From the NCBI RefSeq assembly GCF_009914755.1, contig NC_060937.1: a stretch of 64,000 nt of DNA. One strand, written 5' to 3'. Both the position numbers and the translations under genes were made by a program. Source of the DNA: the human T2T-CHM13v2.0 reference genome, Homo sapiens. The notes beneath the pieces were generated by a model. It made no database searches, was not told the DNA's origin, and worked only from the letters and a program-made list of their open reading frames with translations. How positions within the stretch are numbered: position 1 is the stretch's first letter; every line of letters starts with the position of its first letter. This document shows, one piece after another, positions 16,392 to 29,040 of the stretch.

Positions 16392-19135
16392 GAATACCTC
16401 TATGCCCAGAGACTAGAGAACCTAGAAGAAATGGATAAATTGTTGGAAACACACAACCTTCCAATATTAAATCAGGAAGAAATTGAAATCCTGAACCAAT
16501 AATGAGTTTCAAAATTGAATCAGTAATAAATAGCCTACCAACCAAATCAAACAAACAAACAAATGAGCAAAAAGACCCTTGGCCAGATAGATTCACACTC
16601 GAATTCTACCAGATGTACAAAGGAGAGTTATTACCAATACTACTAAAATTATTCCAAAAATTTGAGGAAGAGCGACTCCTGTCTAACTAATTGTACAAAG
16701 CCAGCATCATTTTAGTGCCAAAACCTGGTAGAGACACAACAAAAAAGAAAACTTTAGGTCAGTATTCTTGTTGAACATAGACACAAAAATCCTCAACAAA
16801 ATACTAGCAAACCATATCCAGCAGCACATCAAAAAGTTATTTTACCATTGTTAAGTAAGCTTTATTTCTATGATGCAAGGTTGGTTCAACATACACAAAT
16901 CAATAAATATGATTCACCACATAAACAGAATATTTAAAAACCATATAATCGTGATGATAGACACATAAAATGCTTTTAATAAAATTCAATATCCCTTCAT
17001 GTTAAAAACATTCATCAAATTAGGCATTGAAAGCACATACCTCAAAATAATAAGAGCCATCTATGAAAAACCCACAGCCAATATCACACTGAATGGGCAA
17101 AAACTGGAAGCATTACCCTGGATAACTAGAACCAGATAAGGATGTCCATTCTGACCACTCCTCTTCAACATAGTACAGAAAGTCCTAGCCAGAGTAATCA
17201 GACAAAAGAAAGAATAAAATGCATCCAGATAGGAAGGGAGAAAGTTAAATTATCTTTTTTTTTTTTTTGCAGACAATATGGTAGAATACCTATAAAACCC
17301 TAAAGATTTTCCCAAAAGTCTCCTAGAACTGATTAATGACTTCAGTAAAGTTTAGGATACAAAAAGCAGTAGCATTTCTACACATCAATAACATTCGAGC
17401 TGAGAGCCAAATCAAGAACATAATGTCACTTACACTAGCCACACAAAGAATAAAATAACTACGAATAGAGCCAACCAGGGATGTGAAAGACTTCTACAAT
17501 AAGAATTACTAAACACTGCTGAAAGAAATCAGGGACAACACAAGCAAATGGGAAAACCTGCTCATGGATAGGAAGAATCAATATTGTTAAAATGGTCATA
17601 CAACTGAAAGCAAGTTACAGATTCGATGCTATTTCTGTCAGACTACCAGCATCATTTTTCACAGAATTAGAAAAAAAGAAACTATTCTAAAATTCATATG
17701 GAACCAAAAAATAGCCCAAATGGCCAAAGAATCCTAAGCACAAAGAACAAAGTCAGAGGCTTCACACTACCCAACTTCAAACTATACTACAAGGCTACAG
17801 TAAGCAAAATGGCATGGTACTGATACAAAAACAAACAAACCAATGGAACATGACAGAGAACTCATAAATAAAGTCACATATCAACAACCAACTGATTTTT
17901 GACAAAGTTGACAAAAATGAACAATGAAGAAAGGATACCCTATTCAGAAAATGGTGCTGAGATAACTGGCTAGCCATATGCTGAAAAGAAACTTACCATT
18001 ATACAAGAATAAACTCAAGATGGATTAAAGACTTAACTGTAAGTCATAAAACTATAAAAATCTTAGAAGGAAGTCTAGGAAATACCTTTCTGGACATTAG
18101 CCTTGATAAAGAATTTATGATTAAGTCCCCCAAAACAATGGGAACTAAATAAATGAAAGAGCTTCTGCACAGAAAAAGAACCTTTCAACAGAGTAAACAG
18201 ACAACCTACAGAATGGGAGAAAATATTTGCAAACTGCATCTGACAGAGGTCTAAAATCTCAAATCTGTAGGAATGTAAAGAATACAATAGCAAAAACCAA
18301 TTGACCTCATTATATGAAGGACAAAGGACATAAACAGACACTTCTCAAAAGAAGACATGCATGCAGCCAAAAAATATATGAAAAAATGCTCCATACCACT
18401 AATCATAAGAGAAATGGAAATCAAAACCATTTCATATTAGTTAGAAGAGCCATTATTAAAATGTCAAAAAATAGTAGATGTTGGCAAAGTTTCAAAGAAA
18501 AGGGAATGCTTATACACTATTAGTGGGAATGTAAATTAGTTCAACTGTGAAAAGCTGTTTGAAAATTTCTCAAAGAACTTATAACTACCATTTGACCCAG
18601 CAACTCCATTATTGGGTATATACCCACAGGAAAGTAAATCATTCTACCAAAAAGACGCATGCACTCATATGTTCATGGTCTCATTATTCATAATAGCAAA
18701 TGCATTGAATCAACCTAGATACCCATCATTTATGGACTGAATAAGAAAAATATGGTAGAAATACAACATGGAATACTATGGAGTCATAAAAAAGAGCAAA
18801 ATTATGTCCTTGGCAGCAACATGGAAGCAGCTGGAGGACATCATCCTAAGTCAATTAATGCAGGAACAGAAAACCAAATACTGTATGTTCTCACTTATAA
18901 ATAAATGGAGCTAAACATTGAGTACATATGAGCACAACAATGAGAACAACAGACACTGGGGACTACTTACTGGAGCGGGGAAGAAGTGGGGAAATGGTTG
19001 AAAAAATGTTGGGTAATGTGCTCCCTATCTAGGTGACAAGATCATTCATACAGCAAAACCCAACAACACACAATTTACCCATGTAACAAATCACACATAC
19101 CCCCAAAACTAAAATAAAAGTAAAATAATAAAAAC
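16392..19135 (+). mobile_element. 5'-truncated L1PA16/L1PB-like element, ORF2 disrupted
   Basis: Continuous ORF2 similarity ([19 protein letters not shown]) through to a 3'UTR ending 'caatttacccatgtaacaaa...ctaaaataaaagt' and an A-rich tail. Confidence 0.92.
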
Positions 19136-19747
19136 AAATCTTATCCAAGTGAAATTAAATGAAGTTTTTATTTGTATACAAATTTTACTTGATATTGGTG
19201 AATATTAAAAAAGAAAATACTTTCTACTAATTATGAAAACATAGCTGAAGGCCTGCAATGTTGTAAAACACATAATAAAATATTTTTCCTAGAAATGTGT
19301 GCAGGCGAATTAGAACTAGAGAAATAAAAATAGAAAAATCTTTTGAATAAACACTAAAAGAGCTCAGTAAGACAGTTGTTTGAAAGAAATAACTTATTTC
19401 AATTCATGAAAAGAAAAGATAAAGTATGCAAAAAGAATTTATTGGGCAGAAATTGGAGCAGTTCATAGAGTCCAAGGGAGATTTATATAAGAACATCTAT
19501 AGAAGCTGATTTGAAAATAAAATACCTAGAAGGAGGATAGAAGCATGAAAGTATGCTGGATGTTATTTCAGTAATACAGTGAGAAAATGAGCTGCTGGAC
19601 GTTGAGATGATAATTAGGGATCAGAATCTGTATGTGTTTTGAAAATAAGAAATCCTGAAGAAGGCAATGCAAGGTGTGAGAAAGAAAGGAACTGTCAAAT
19701 GACTTCAGGGTTTTGAGACTAATCAACAGACAGTATGGATTTGCCAT

Positions 19748-20118
19748 TGTATTCATTTCATTTCTGCTTTTATAACAGAGTACTACAGATCGGGTAATAT
19801 ATAAAGAACAGAAGTTTATACAGCTCACTATTCTGGAGGCTGGAAAGTCCAAGAGCATAGTGCAAGCATCTGGCGAGTTTTGTCTTATGATGAAAGGGTA
19901 GAAAGTGAAAGTGATCGCATAAGACAGAGAGGTACCAGGGGATGGACTTGCTTTATAACTACACACCCTCACTATAACTTACGTGATGCCATAATAATGA
20001 CATTAAACAGAGCCTTGATGACCAGTAATCTCTTATTAGGCATCACCTCTCAACACAGTTGCACTGGAGATTAAGTTTCCAATACATGAACTTTGGGGAA
20101 CAAATAAAAGCCATAGCA
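19748..20118 (-). mobile_element. MST (C/D-like) MaLR solo LTR
   Basis: tgtatt...ccatagca termini; 'ttctggaggctggaaagtccaagagc'; 5-bp TSD gccat/cccat. Confidence 0.85.
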
Positions 20119-22144
20119 CCCATTACTTTAGATGTACAAGAATGCCAAATGAACAATTTTGAAGGGGATGGAGAATTGATGATGTTAGATGGTGGACAAA
20201 AGTGGTAGTGGACATTTTTGTTTTAAATCTTCTATTTCATTATCTTGGGAAAGTAGGAAACAAAGTTGCCACCTGAGAGCAGGATAGAGGAGGAGGTGAT
20301 TAATGTTTGGGGAAATAATATAAAATCTTTTTCAAATATGGTAGAGAAGAGAATGGAATAAACAAATGCAGTGTGGCAAGTGTGCAGCATTCAGTGTTCA
20401 CTTGACGTTCACGATAATACAATTAAAGAAAGAACAGATAAGGTGGTTGAGTGTTTTATACACAGGCATACCTTAGAGATATTGTGGGTTTGGTTCCAGA
20501 CCACTGTGATGAAGTTAATATCACAATAAAGCAAGTTACATGAACGTTTTGGTTTCCCAGTGCATAGAAAAATATGTTTACACTATAACCTCATCTGTTA
20601 AGTGCAATAACATTATGTCTAAAAAATCAATGTATATAACTTAATTAAAATATACCTTATATCTAGAAAGTGATAACAATTATCTGAGCCTTCAGTGAGT
20701 AGTAATATTATCGCTGTTGGAAGATCTTGCCTCAGTGTTAATAGCTGCAGACTGATTAGGGTCGTAGTTGCTTAAGTTTGGAATGCCTGTGACAATTTCC
20801 TAAAATAAGAAAATAATGAAGTTTGTCACTTGAATTGATTCTTCCTTTCCTGAAAGATTTCTCTGTAGGATGCAATGCTGTTGGATAACATATTATGCAC
20901 AGTAGCACTTTTTCAAAATTGGAGTCAATCATTTCATACTGTGCAAATGCTTTATCAATAAAATGTATATAATATTCTGAATTATGTCTTGTCACTTCAA
21001 CAATGTTCACAGCATCTTCACCAGGAGTAGATTTCAATTCAAGAAACTACTTTCTTTGCTCATTGATTAGAAGTAACTTTTATCCATTCAAGTTTGATCA
21101 TGAGATTACAGCAATTCAGTCACATCTTCAGGTTTCAATTCTAATTCTAGTTCTCTCACTATTTCCACTACCTCTGCAGTTATTTTCTTCACTTTAATTT
21201 TGAACCCCTAAAGTCATCCATGAGGATTGTAATCAACTTCTTCTAAACTCCTGTTAACATTTCTATGAATCACAAATATTCCTAATGTTATCTAGAATGG
21301 TGAATTATTTCCAAAAGTTTTTCAATTCACTTTGCTGAGATCTGTCAGAGGAATCACTGTCTATGGAAGGTATAGACTTACAAACTCTATTTCTTAAATA
21401 TTAAGATGCAAAAGTCAAAATTACTTCTTGACCCATGGCCTACAGAATGGATGTTGTGTTGGCAGGCATGAAAACGACATTAATCTCCTTATACATCTGC
21501 ATCAGAGCTCCTGGTAACCAGGTGCATTGTCAATGAACAGTAATATTTTGAAAGGAACATTTCTGTCTGAGCGGTAGAGCTCAACAGTGGGCTTAAAATT
21601 TCAGTAAACCATGCTGTAAACAGGTATGTTTTCATCTATGTTTTGTTGTACTATTTACAGAGCACAGGCAGAGTAGATTTAGCATGTTTAAGGGCCTGAA
21701 GATTTTCAGAATGGTAAAGGAGCATTGGTAATGTCACCAGTTTCATTAGCTCCAAACAAGAGAATTCGCCTGTCTTTGGAGATTTGAAATGAGGCAGTGA
21801 CTTCCTTTTAGCCATGAATGTCCTAGATGCTGTTTGCTTCCAATAGAAGGCTGTTTTGTCTGTATTGAAAACCTGTTGATTAGTTTAGCCACCTTCATCA
21901 ATTATCTTAACTAATTCTTCTGAATAATTTGCTGTAGTTTTTCCATAAGCACTTGCTGCTTAACGTTGCATTTTATGTTATGGAGATGGCTTGTTTCTTT
22001 AAGCCTCATGAAATAACCTCTTCTAGCTTCAAACTTGTGTTCTGTAGTTTCTTCACCTCCCTTGGCCTTCATGAAATTGAAGAGAGTTAGGTACTGTCTC
22101 TATATTAGGCTTTAGGTAAAGGGGATGTTGTGGATAGTTTGATC

Positions 22145-25100
22145 ATCACATGGTTTTTGTTTTGAATTATGTTTATGTGGTGAATCACATTTACTGATTT
22201 GTGTATGTTGAATCACCCTTGCATCCCACTTGCTCATGATAAATTATCTTTTTTCATGTGCTACTGGATTTGGCTTGGTAGTATTTTGTTGAGAATTTTT
22301 GTGTCTATGTTCATCAGGGATATTAGCCTGTAGCATTCCTCTTTTGTTTTCTCCTTGGCAGATGTTAGTATCAGGATGATACTGGTTTTGTTGAATGATT
22401 TAAGGAGCAATCCCTTGATTTTTTGGAATAGTTTCAGCAAGATTGATACCAGCTCTTTATGCATCTGGTAGAATTTTGCTCTGAATTTGTCTAGTCCAGG
22501 GCTTTTTTTGGGGGTTGGTAAATGGTTATTATTGTTTCAATTTAGTAACTCATTATTGATCTTCTCAGGATTTCCGTTTCTTCTTGGTTCAATGTTAAGA
22601 GTGGCATATTCCCTGAAATGTCGTCATTTCTTTGGGTTTTCTAGTTTTTATGCCTAGAAATATTCATAGTAGTCTTTGAGGATTTTTTGTGTATTTCTGT
22701 GCTATCAGTTATAATTTTAACTTTGTCATTCCTAATTCTGCTTATTTAAATCTTCTCAGTATTTTCTTGGTTAATCTAACTAGCAGTATATCAATTTTGT
22801 TTATTCTTTCAATGAACAAACTTTTCATTCTGTTGATTTTTTGGAAGTTTTATTTTTGGTCTCAATTTTACTTTGTTCAGCTCTGAATTTGTATTTTCTT
22901 CTGCTACCTTTGGGTTTGGTTTGTTCTTGTTTTTCTAGTTCCTTTAGGTGCAATGTTAGGTTGTTAATTTGAGATATTTCTATATTTTTAATGTAGGCAT
23001 TAATGCTACATTAACACTGCTTTTGCTGTGTTTCAGTAGTTTTGACATGTTCTATTTTTATTTGTTTCAAAAGCGTTTTTTATTTCTATCTTAATTTTGT
23101 CATTTACTCAAAAATCATTCAGTAGCAAGTTATTTAGTTTCCATATAGTTGAGGTTTTGAGAGTTCTTCTAGGTATTGATTTCTAATTTTATTCTGCTGT
23201 GGTCCAAGAATATGCTTGCTATGTTTGTGATTTTTTTAAATTTATTGAGACTTGCTCTATGACCAAGCATGTGATCTATTTTAGAGTGTTTCTTGTGCAG
23301 ATGAGAAAAATGTATGTTCTGTGGTAATTGGGTGGAGTATTCTGTAGATGCCTATTAGATCCAACTGGTCAAGAGTCCAGTTAAATCCAGAGTTTGTTAG
23401 TTTTCTGCCTTGATGATGTGTCTAGAGACATCAGCAGAGTGTTGAAGTTCCTCACTATTATTGTATGGATGTGTATCTCTTTTCTTAGTTCTAATAGTAT
23501 TTGTTTTAGAAATCTTTGTACTCCAATGTTGGTCATGTATATTTTTAAGTTGATTAAATCTTGTTCAATTCAAACCTTTATCATTGTAAATGCCCTTCTT
23601 TGTCTTCGTTTTTTCTTTTTACTGTTGTTGTTTTAAAGTCTGTTTTATCTAATACAGCAAATAGCTACAGCTGCTCTTTTTTGTTTTCCATTTGTATAAT
23701 AGATCTTTATCCATCCCTTTCCTTTGAGCCTGTGGCTATCATTACACATGAGATGGGTCTTTCAAATGCAGCAGAAGGTCGGGCCATTTAAAATCAAACA
23801 AACAAACAAAACAAACAACAAAAAAAAAAACTAATTCACCACTCTATGGCTTTAAGTAGAATATTTAGCCCATTTACATTCAATATTAATATTTATATGT
23901 GAGGTCTTGTACCTTTCAGAGTGTTGTTAGTTGCTTTGTGATCTGAATTGTGTAATTGCTATATAGGATTTGTAAGCTTTGTATTTACGTGCTCTTATGT
24001 TCTTATGTGGTGTTATTCTATTGTTTCCATGTTTAGAACTGCTTTGAGCCCTTCTTGTAAGGCTGGTCCGGTGGTGACAAATTCTTTTAGCATTTGCTTG
24101 TCTGGGAAAGATTTTATTTCTCCTTTGCTTTTGAAATTTAGTTTGGCAGCATATGACATTTTTTGCTGGCAAGTTTTTTTCCTTAAAAGGGCTAAAAATA
24201 GATCCACAATCTGTTTTGGCTTGCAAAGTTTCTGCTGAGAAATATGCTGTTTGTCTGATGGTATTTCCTTTAAAGGCAATTTGGCTCTTTTCTCTAGCCT
24301 TTAAGAGATGTTTGTCTCACACACATCTTGGATAGTCTGATGATTATATGCCTTGAGGATGGTCATTTTATATAGTATCTTGCGGATGTTCTCTGAATTT
24401 CTTCTGTTGGGATGTTAACCTGTCTAGCAAGGTTAGGGATGTTTTACTGACTTATTTCCTCAAATATGTTTTCCAAATTGCTTACTATTTTTTCTTCTCA
24501 TTCAGGAACACCAATAAACCATAGAGTTGGTCATTTTATATAATCCCATATTCCTCCAAGTCTTGTTTATTTTTTATTTTTTATTTTTTAATTTTTCTGA
24601 TGGAGTTAATTTGTAAGAGTGGTCTTCAAGCTCTGAAATTCATTCTTTTTGGTCCAGCCTATTGTTAAAGCTTCCAGCTCTATTTTGAAAAAAATTTAAG
24701 GAAGTGTTCAATATCAGAATTTCTATTTTTTTGGTCAAATATAGCTATCTTGTCCTTCACATTCTGAATCACTTTTCTTGTTTCTTTGTGTTAGATTTCA
24801 ACTTTATGTTGGATCTCATTGAGTATCTTCACAATCCATATTTTGAATTTCCTGTCTGTCATTTCAGACTTTTCAGGTTAGTTAGGATACATTGCTATAA
24901 AACTAGTGTGATCATCTGGGGGTGTCAACATACTCTGGCTCTTTGTACTGCCAGAGTTCTTATGCTATTCCTTCTCATCTGAGGAAAATGTTGCTTCTTA
25001 TTTTTGAATTTGCTATCATTTGGATGTAACTTTTATATATTTTAAAATTCTTTCTTCCTTTGAGGTTGTAACTGTGATATATGTTGCATATGATTATTTG

Positions 25101-28100
25101 TCTTCATGTTTGGATATGTTTAGTTGGCTAAGGATCTGTACATGTTCTGTGGGTTGTGGATAGCTTTTGTACAGTGTTTTCTCAGATGTTGCTTATTGCA
25201 GCAACATATTGGACATATGCACGGATATACAAACTCCTATAGGGCTGAATGTATAGAAGTCTCAAGAAGCTTATTCATGGAGTAGCACTAAGCTTTTCTG
25301 GCAGTAGGGTTTTTATTTGGGGGTACAGTTCAGGCTGCAGTACAGTTGATGGTGCTTTGGACTAAGAGCTGGCTCACCCTTAGGCTGATGATAAATGGGA
25401 GCACCATTGGGAGGGTGGCAGAAAAAGATAATTTTGGGTTGCTCTGAGCTCTCAAGGGAAGAAGCCAGGAGCTGGCTTCTTTTCCTGAGCCAGCAGAAAT
25501 GCAATCTGCTTCCCTATTGTGTCCCATCGCAGGGCTTGTGACAACCAGTTTATAAAGAATTATTCCTTTATTTCCCAGCCACAGTGCAGGTGAGGGTAAT
25601 AGATATTCTTCTTTTATGGCTACCACTAAAATGCGCATGGGACAGAGCCTCTTCCTCCAGTCCAGAGCAGGCAGCTCTGTGAGGTATCCATCCTCCATTG
25701 CAGGGATGCTGCTGCTTTGTGTAGAGAAGGGGAATTGGGCCACACCCTTCATATAAGCCCAAGCAGCATGGACTCACTTTCAGCAGGGGTGAAGCCACCA
25801 CAAAAAGTATGAAAAATGCTTTCTCGAAGTGTAAATGTGCCAGCCCCCAGCAAGAAAAACCACTGTTGTATCTGTATCAGGGTATAGGGAGGAGGTGCAA
25901 GATGTCTACTCTCTCCATGTTTGTTCCTAGGAGTTGGTGCTTTTTCCTTTGTAGATTGGTGGTATGCACACATTTTCTTTGTCCCTAAGGGGGCTTTGGC
26001 AGGCTTTGTTTTCCCCTCCCTTAGGGGCAGCTTACACAGAGGGAGTTTCTCAGGTACCCACTGGTCCTCTGTGCTTTCCAAGGTGAGAGTGAGATGTGGG
26101 GTATATTTGTGGGAGATCTGGTGGTGTGATGACTCAAAGGCAGATAAACCCTGGGCAGAGCAGTACCCTACTATGAGGGCATAACCAGTATAGCACCAAC
26201 TATCTCAGTTTGGGTCTGAGAGGAGTGTGGGCACACAACTGGCTACCTGGTTTGTTCTCGGGAATTTCTCAAGTTGCACCATCAGTGTTAATGCCCTGGG
26301 TCAAAAGGACACAGGGGGTCCGACCAGTTTAATGGTCATCAGATTTTCACAGTGGTGAAGGCAGCAGAAAAGCATTCCTACCTATCCTTTCCATGAGGAT
26401 CTGAGTTTCTCTGGTTTTGATCTCTGGCAGACTGTTTTGGCTTTTCTCTTCTTTGCCCCAGCTTTTTCCCATGGGCAGTCCTACAGTTTCTGGCTGTCTT
26501 CCTTCAGTTTTTTTTTTTTTTTTTTTTTCAGAACTTTCCCATTCACCAGTAACTTTGATCATTTTTTTAGAGAAGAACTGAAATCTGATGTCTATAGTCA
26601 GCCACTGTATTTGTCTGTTCTCACACTGCTAATAAAGACATACCTGAGATGGGGTAATTTATAAAGGGAGGCGGTTTAATTGACCACAGTTCTGCATGGC
26701 TAGAAAAGCCTCACAATCATGATGGAATGCAAAGGAAAAGCAAAGTCATGTCTTACAAGGTGCCAAGCAAGAGGGCATGTGCAGGGGAACTCCCGTTTAT
26801 AAAACCATCAGATCTCATGAGACTTATTCACATCATGAGGACAGCAGGGGAAAAACCTGCCCCCATGAGCCAATTACCTCCCCCTGGGTCCCTCCCACTA
26901 CATGGGGATTATTACGATTCAAGGTGAGATTTGGGTCAGGACATAGAGCCAAACTATATCATTCTGCCCGTAGCTCCTCCCAGATATCATGTCCTTAGAT
27001 TTCAAAACCAATCATGCCTTCTAACAGTCCCACAGTCTTAACTAACTCATTCCAGCATTAACCAAAAAGTCCGAAGCCTCATCTGAGACAACGCAAGTAC
27101 CTTCTGGCTACAAGCCTGTAAAATCAAAAGCAAGTTGGTTACTTCCTAGATATAATGAGGGTATAGGCATTGGGTAAATCCATTTGTTCCAAATGAGATA
27201 AATTGTCCAAAGCAAAGAGGTTGCAGGCCCCATGCAAGTCCAAAGTTCAATGGGGCAGCCAAATCTTAAAACTCTGAAATGACCTTCTTTGACTCCATGT
27301 CTTACATCCAGGTTATGCTGGTGCAAGATTTGGGCTCCCATGACCTCAGGCACCTCTGCCTCTGTGGCTTTGCAGGGTACAGCCCCCCTTCTGCCTGCCT
27401 TCATGGGCTGGCATTGAGTATCTGCAGCTTTTCTGACAGGTGCACGATGCAAGCTGTCAGTGGATCTACCATTCTGGTGTCTGGAAGACGGTGGCCCTCT
27501 TCTCACAGTTCCACTATGCAGTGCCCCAGTGGAGACTCTGTGTGGGGGCTCTGACCCCACAGTTTCCCTGCCCTTGCAGAGGTTCCCCATGAGGGCCCCA
27601 TCCCTATAGCAAAAGCATTCCTGGACATCCAGCTGTTTCCATACATCCTCTGAAATCTAGGCAGAGGTTTCCAAACCTCAGTTCTTGACATCTGTGCACC
27701 CACAGGCTCAACATCACAAGGAAACTGCCAAGGCTTGGGGCTCTCTGAAGCCACAGCTCCAGCTGTACCTTGGCCCCTTTAAGCCATAACTGGAGTGACT
27801 GGAATGTACAGCACCAGGTCCCTAGGCTGCAGGAGGGGGCCCTGGGCCCAGCCCACAAAACCATGTTTTCCTCCTAGGCCTCTAGTCCTGTGATGGGAGG
27901 GGCTGCCGGGAAGGTCCCTGACATGCCCTGAAGACATTTTCCCTACTGTCATGGGGATTAACATTTGGCTCCTTGTTACTTACGCAAATTTCTGCAGCCA
28001 GCTTTTATTTCTAATCATAAAATGGGTTTTTCTTTTCTATTGCATCCTCAGGCTGCATATTTTCTGAACTTTTACTCTCTCCTTCCATTTTAAACATAAG

Positions 28101-28924
28101 TTCCAATTTCAACCTTACCATTGTGAATAAATAAAACTGAATGCTTTTAATAGCACCCAAGTAATCTCTTGAGCACTTTGCTGCTTAGAAATTTATTCTG
28201 CCAGATGCCCTAAATCATCTCTGTCAAGTTCGAAGTTCCACACGTCTCTAGGACAGGGAAAAAATGTCATCAGTCTCTTTGCTAGAGTATAACAAGTGTC
28301 ACCTTTGCTCTAGTTCCCAACAAATTCCTCATCTTTTTCTGAGACCACCTCAGCCTGGAACTTCTTGCTCATATCACTATCAGCACTTTGTGATCAGCCA
28401 TTCAACAAGTCTCTAGGAAGTTCCAAACTTTCCCACATCTTCCTGTTTTCTTCTGAGGCCTCCAAACTCTTCCAACCTCTGCGTGTTATCCAGTTCCAAA
28501 GTTGTTTCCATGTTTTTGGATATCTTTACATCAGCGCCTCACTACCTGGTACCAATTTACTGTATTGGTCTGTTCTCATGCTGCCAGTAAAGACATACCT
28601 GAGACTGGGTAATTTGTAAAGGAAAGGGTTTTAACTGACTCACAGTTCCACATGGCTGGGGAGGCCTCACAATCATGGCAGAAGTCAAAGGAGGAGCAAA
28701 AAGACATCTTACAAGGTGGCAGGCAAGAGGGCATGTGCAGGGGAACTCCCCTTTATAAAACCATTAGATCTAGTGAGATTTATTCACATCACAAGAACAG
28801 CATGGGAAAAATCCACACCCATGCTTCAATTACCTCCCACCAGGTCCCTCTTACAACATGTAGGGATTGTTACAATTCAAGGTGAGATTTGGGTGGAGAC
28901 ACAGAGCCAGACCATATCAGCCAT
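22145..28924 (-). mobile_element. L1PB/L1MA-age L1: 5'UTR, ORF1 and 5' part of ORF2; 3' half absent; THE1 inserted a few bases inside its 5' end
   Basis: ORF1p C-terminus 'AKLNFKSKGEIKSFPDKQMLKEFVTT.PALQE' (24013-24279); ORF2 '[15 protein letters not shown]' (22261-22464); 5'-terminal motif 'ATGGCTGACTA' split by the THE1 TSD. Confidence 0.85.
26606..28919 (-). mobile_element. Full-length THE1C-like MaLR element (LTR 26606-26961, internal 26962-28560, LTR 28561-28919)
   Basis: Two homologous LTRs (tgtatt...atatca), a THE1 internal region and a 5-bp TSD gccac/gccat. Confidence 0.95.
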
Positions 28925-29040
28925 AGGATGTCAGAGCTGAAAGACCAACTTTTAATCTGTACAATTCAGTTGTGAGAAAACTGAAGCTATCAGAGAAGTG
29001 ACCTTTATGGGGTCATCACTCAATAGATCGAGCAGTAGGA
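28922..29040 (+). mobile_element. MIR3/MIRc-like fragment (orientation relative to consensus uncertain)
   Basis: 'cataggatgtcagagctgaaagacc...gagaaaactgaagct..cagagaagtgacct...ggtca' resembles the MIR tail and core. Confidence 0.55.

Noticed and set aside
20756-21037. Transposase-like ORF
   Set aside because: Short remnant of a disrupted, split Tigger1; not a domesticated TIGD gene.
25313-28940. Cluster of 60-160 aa ORFs in GC-richer DNA
   Set aside because: They lie in the L1 5'UTR and THE1 sequence; no recognisable host protein.
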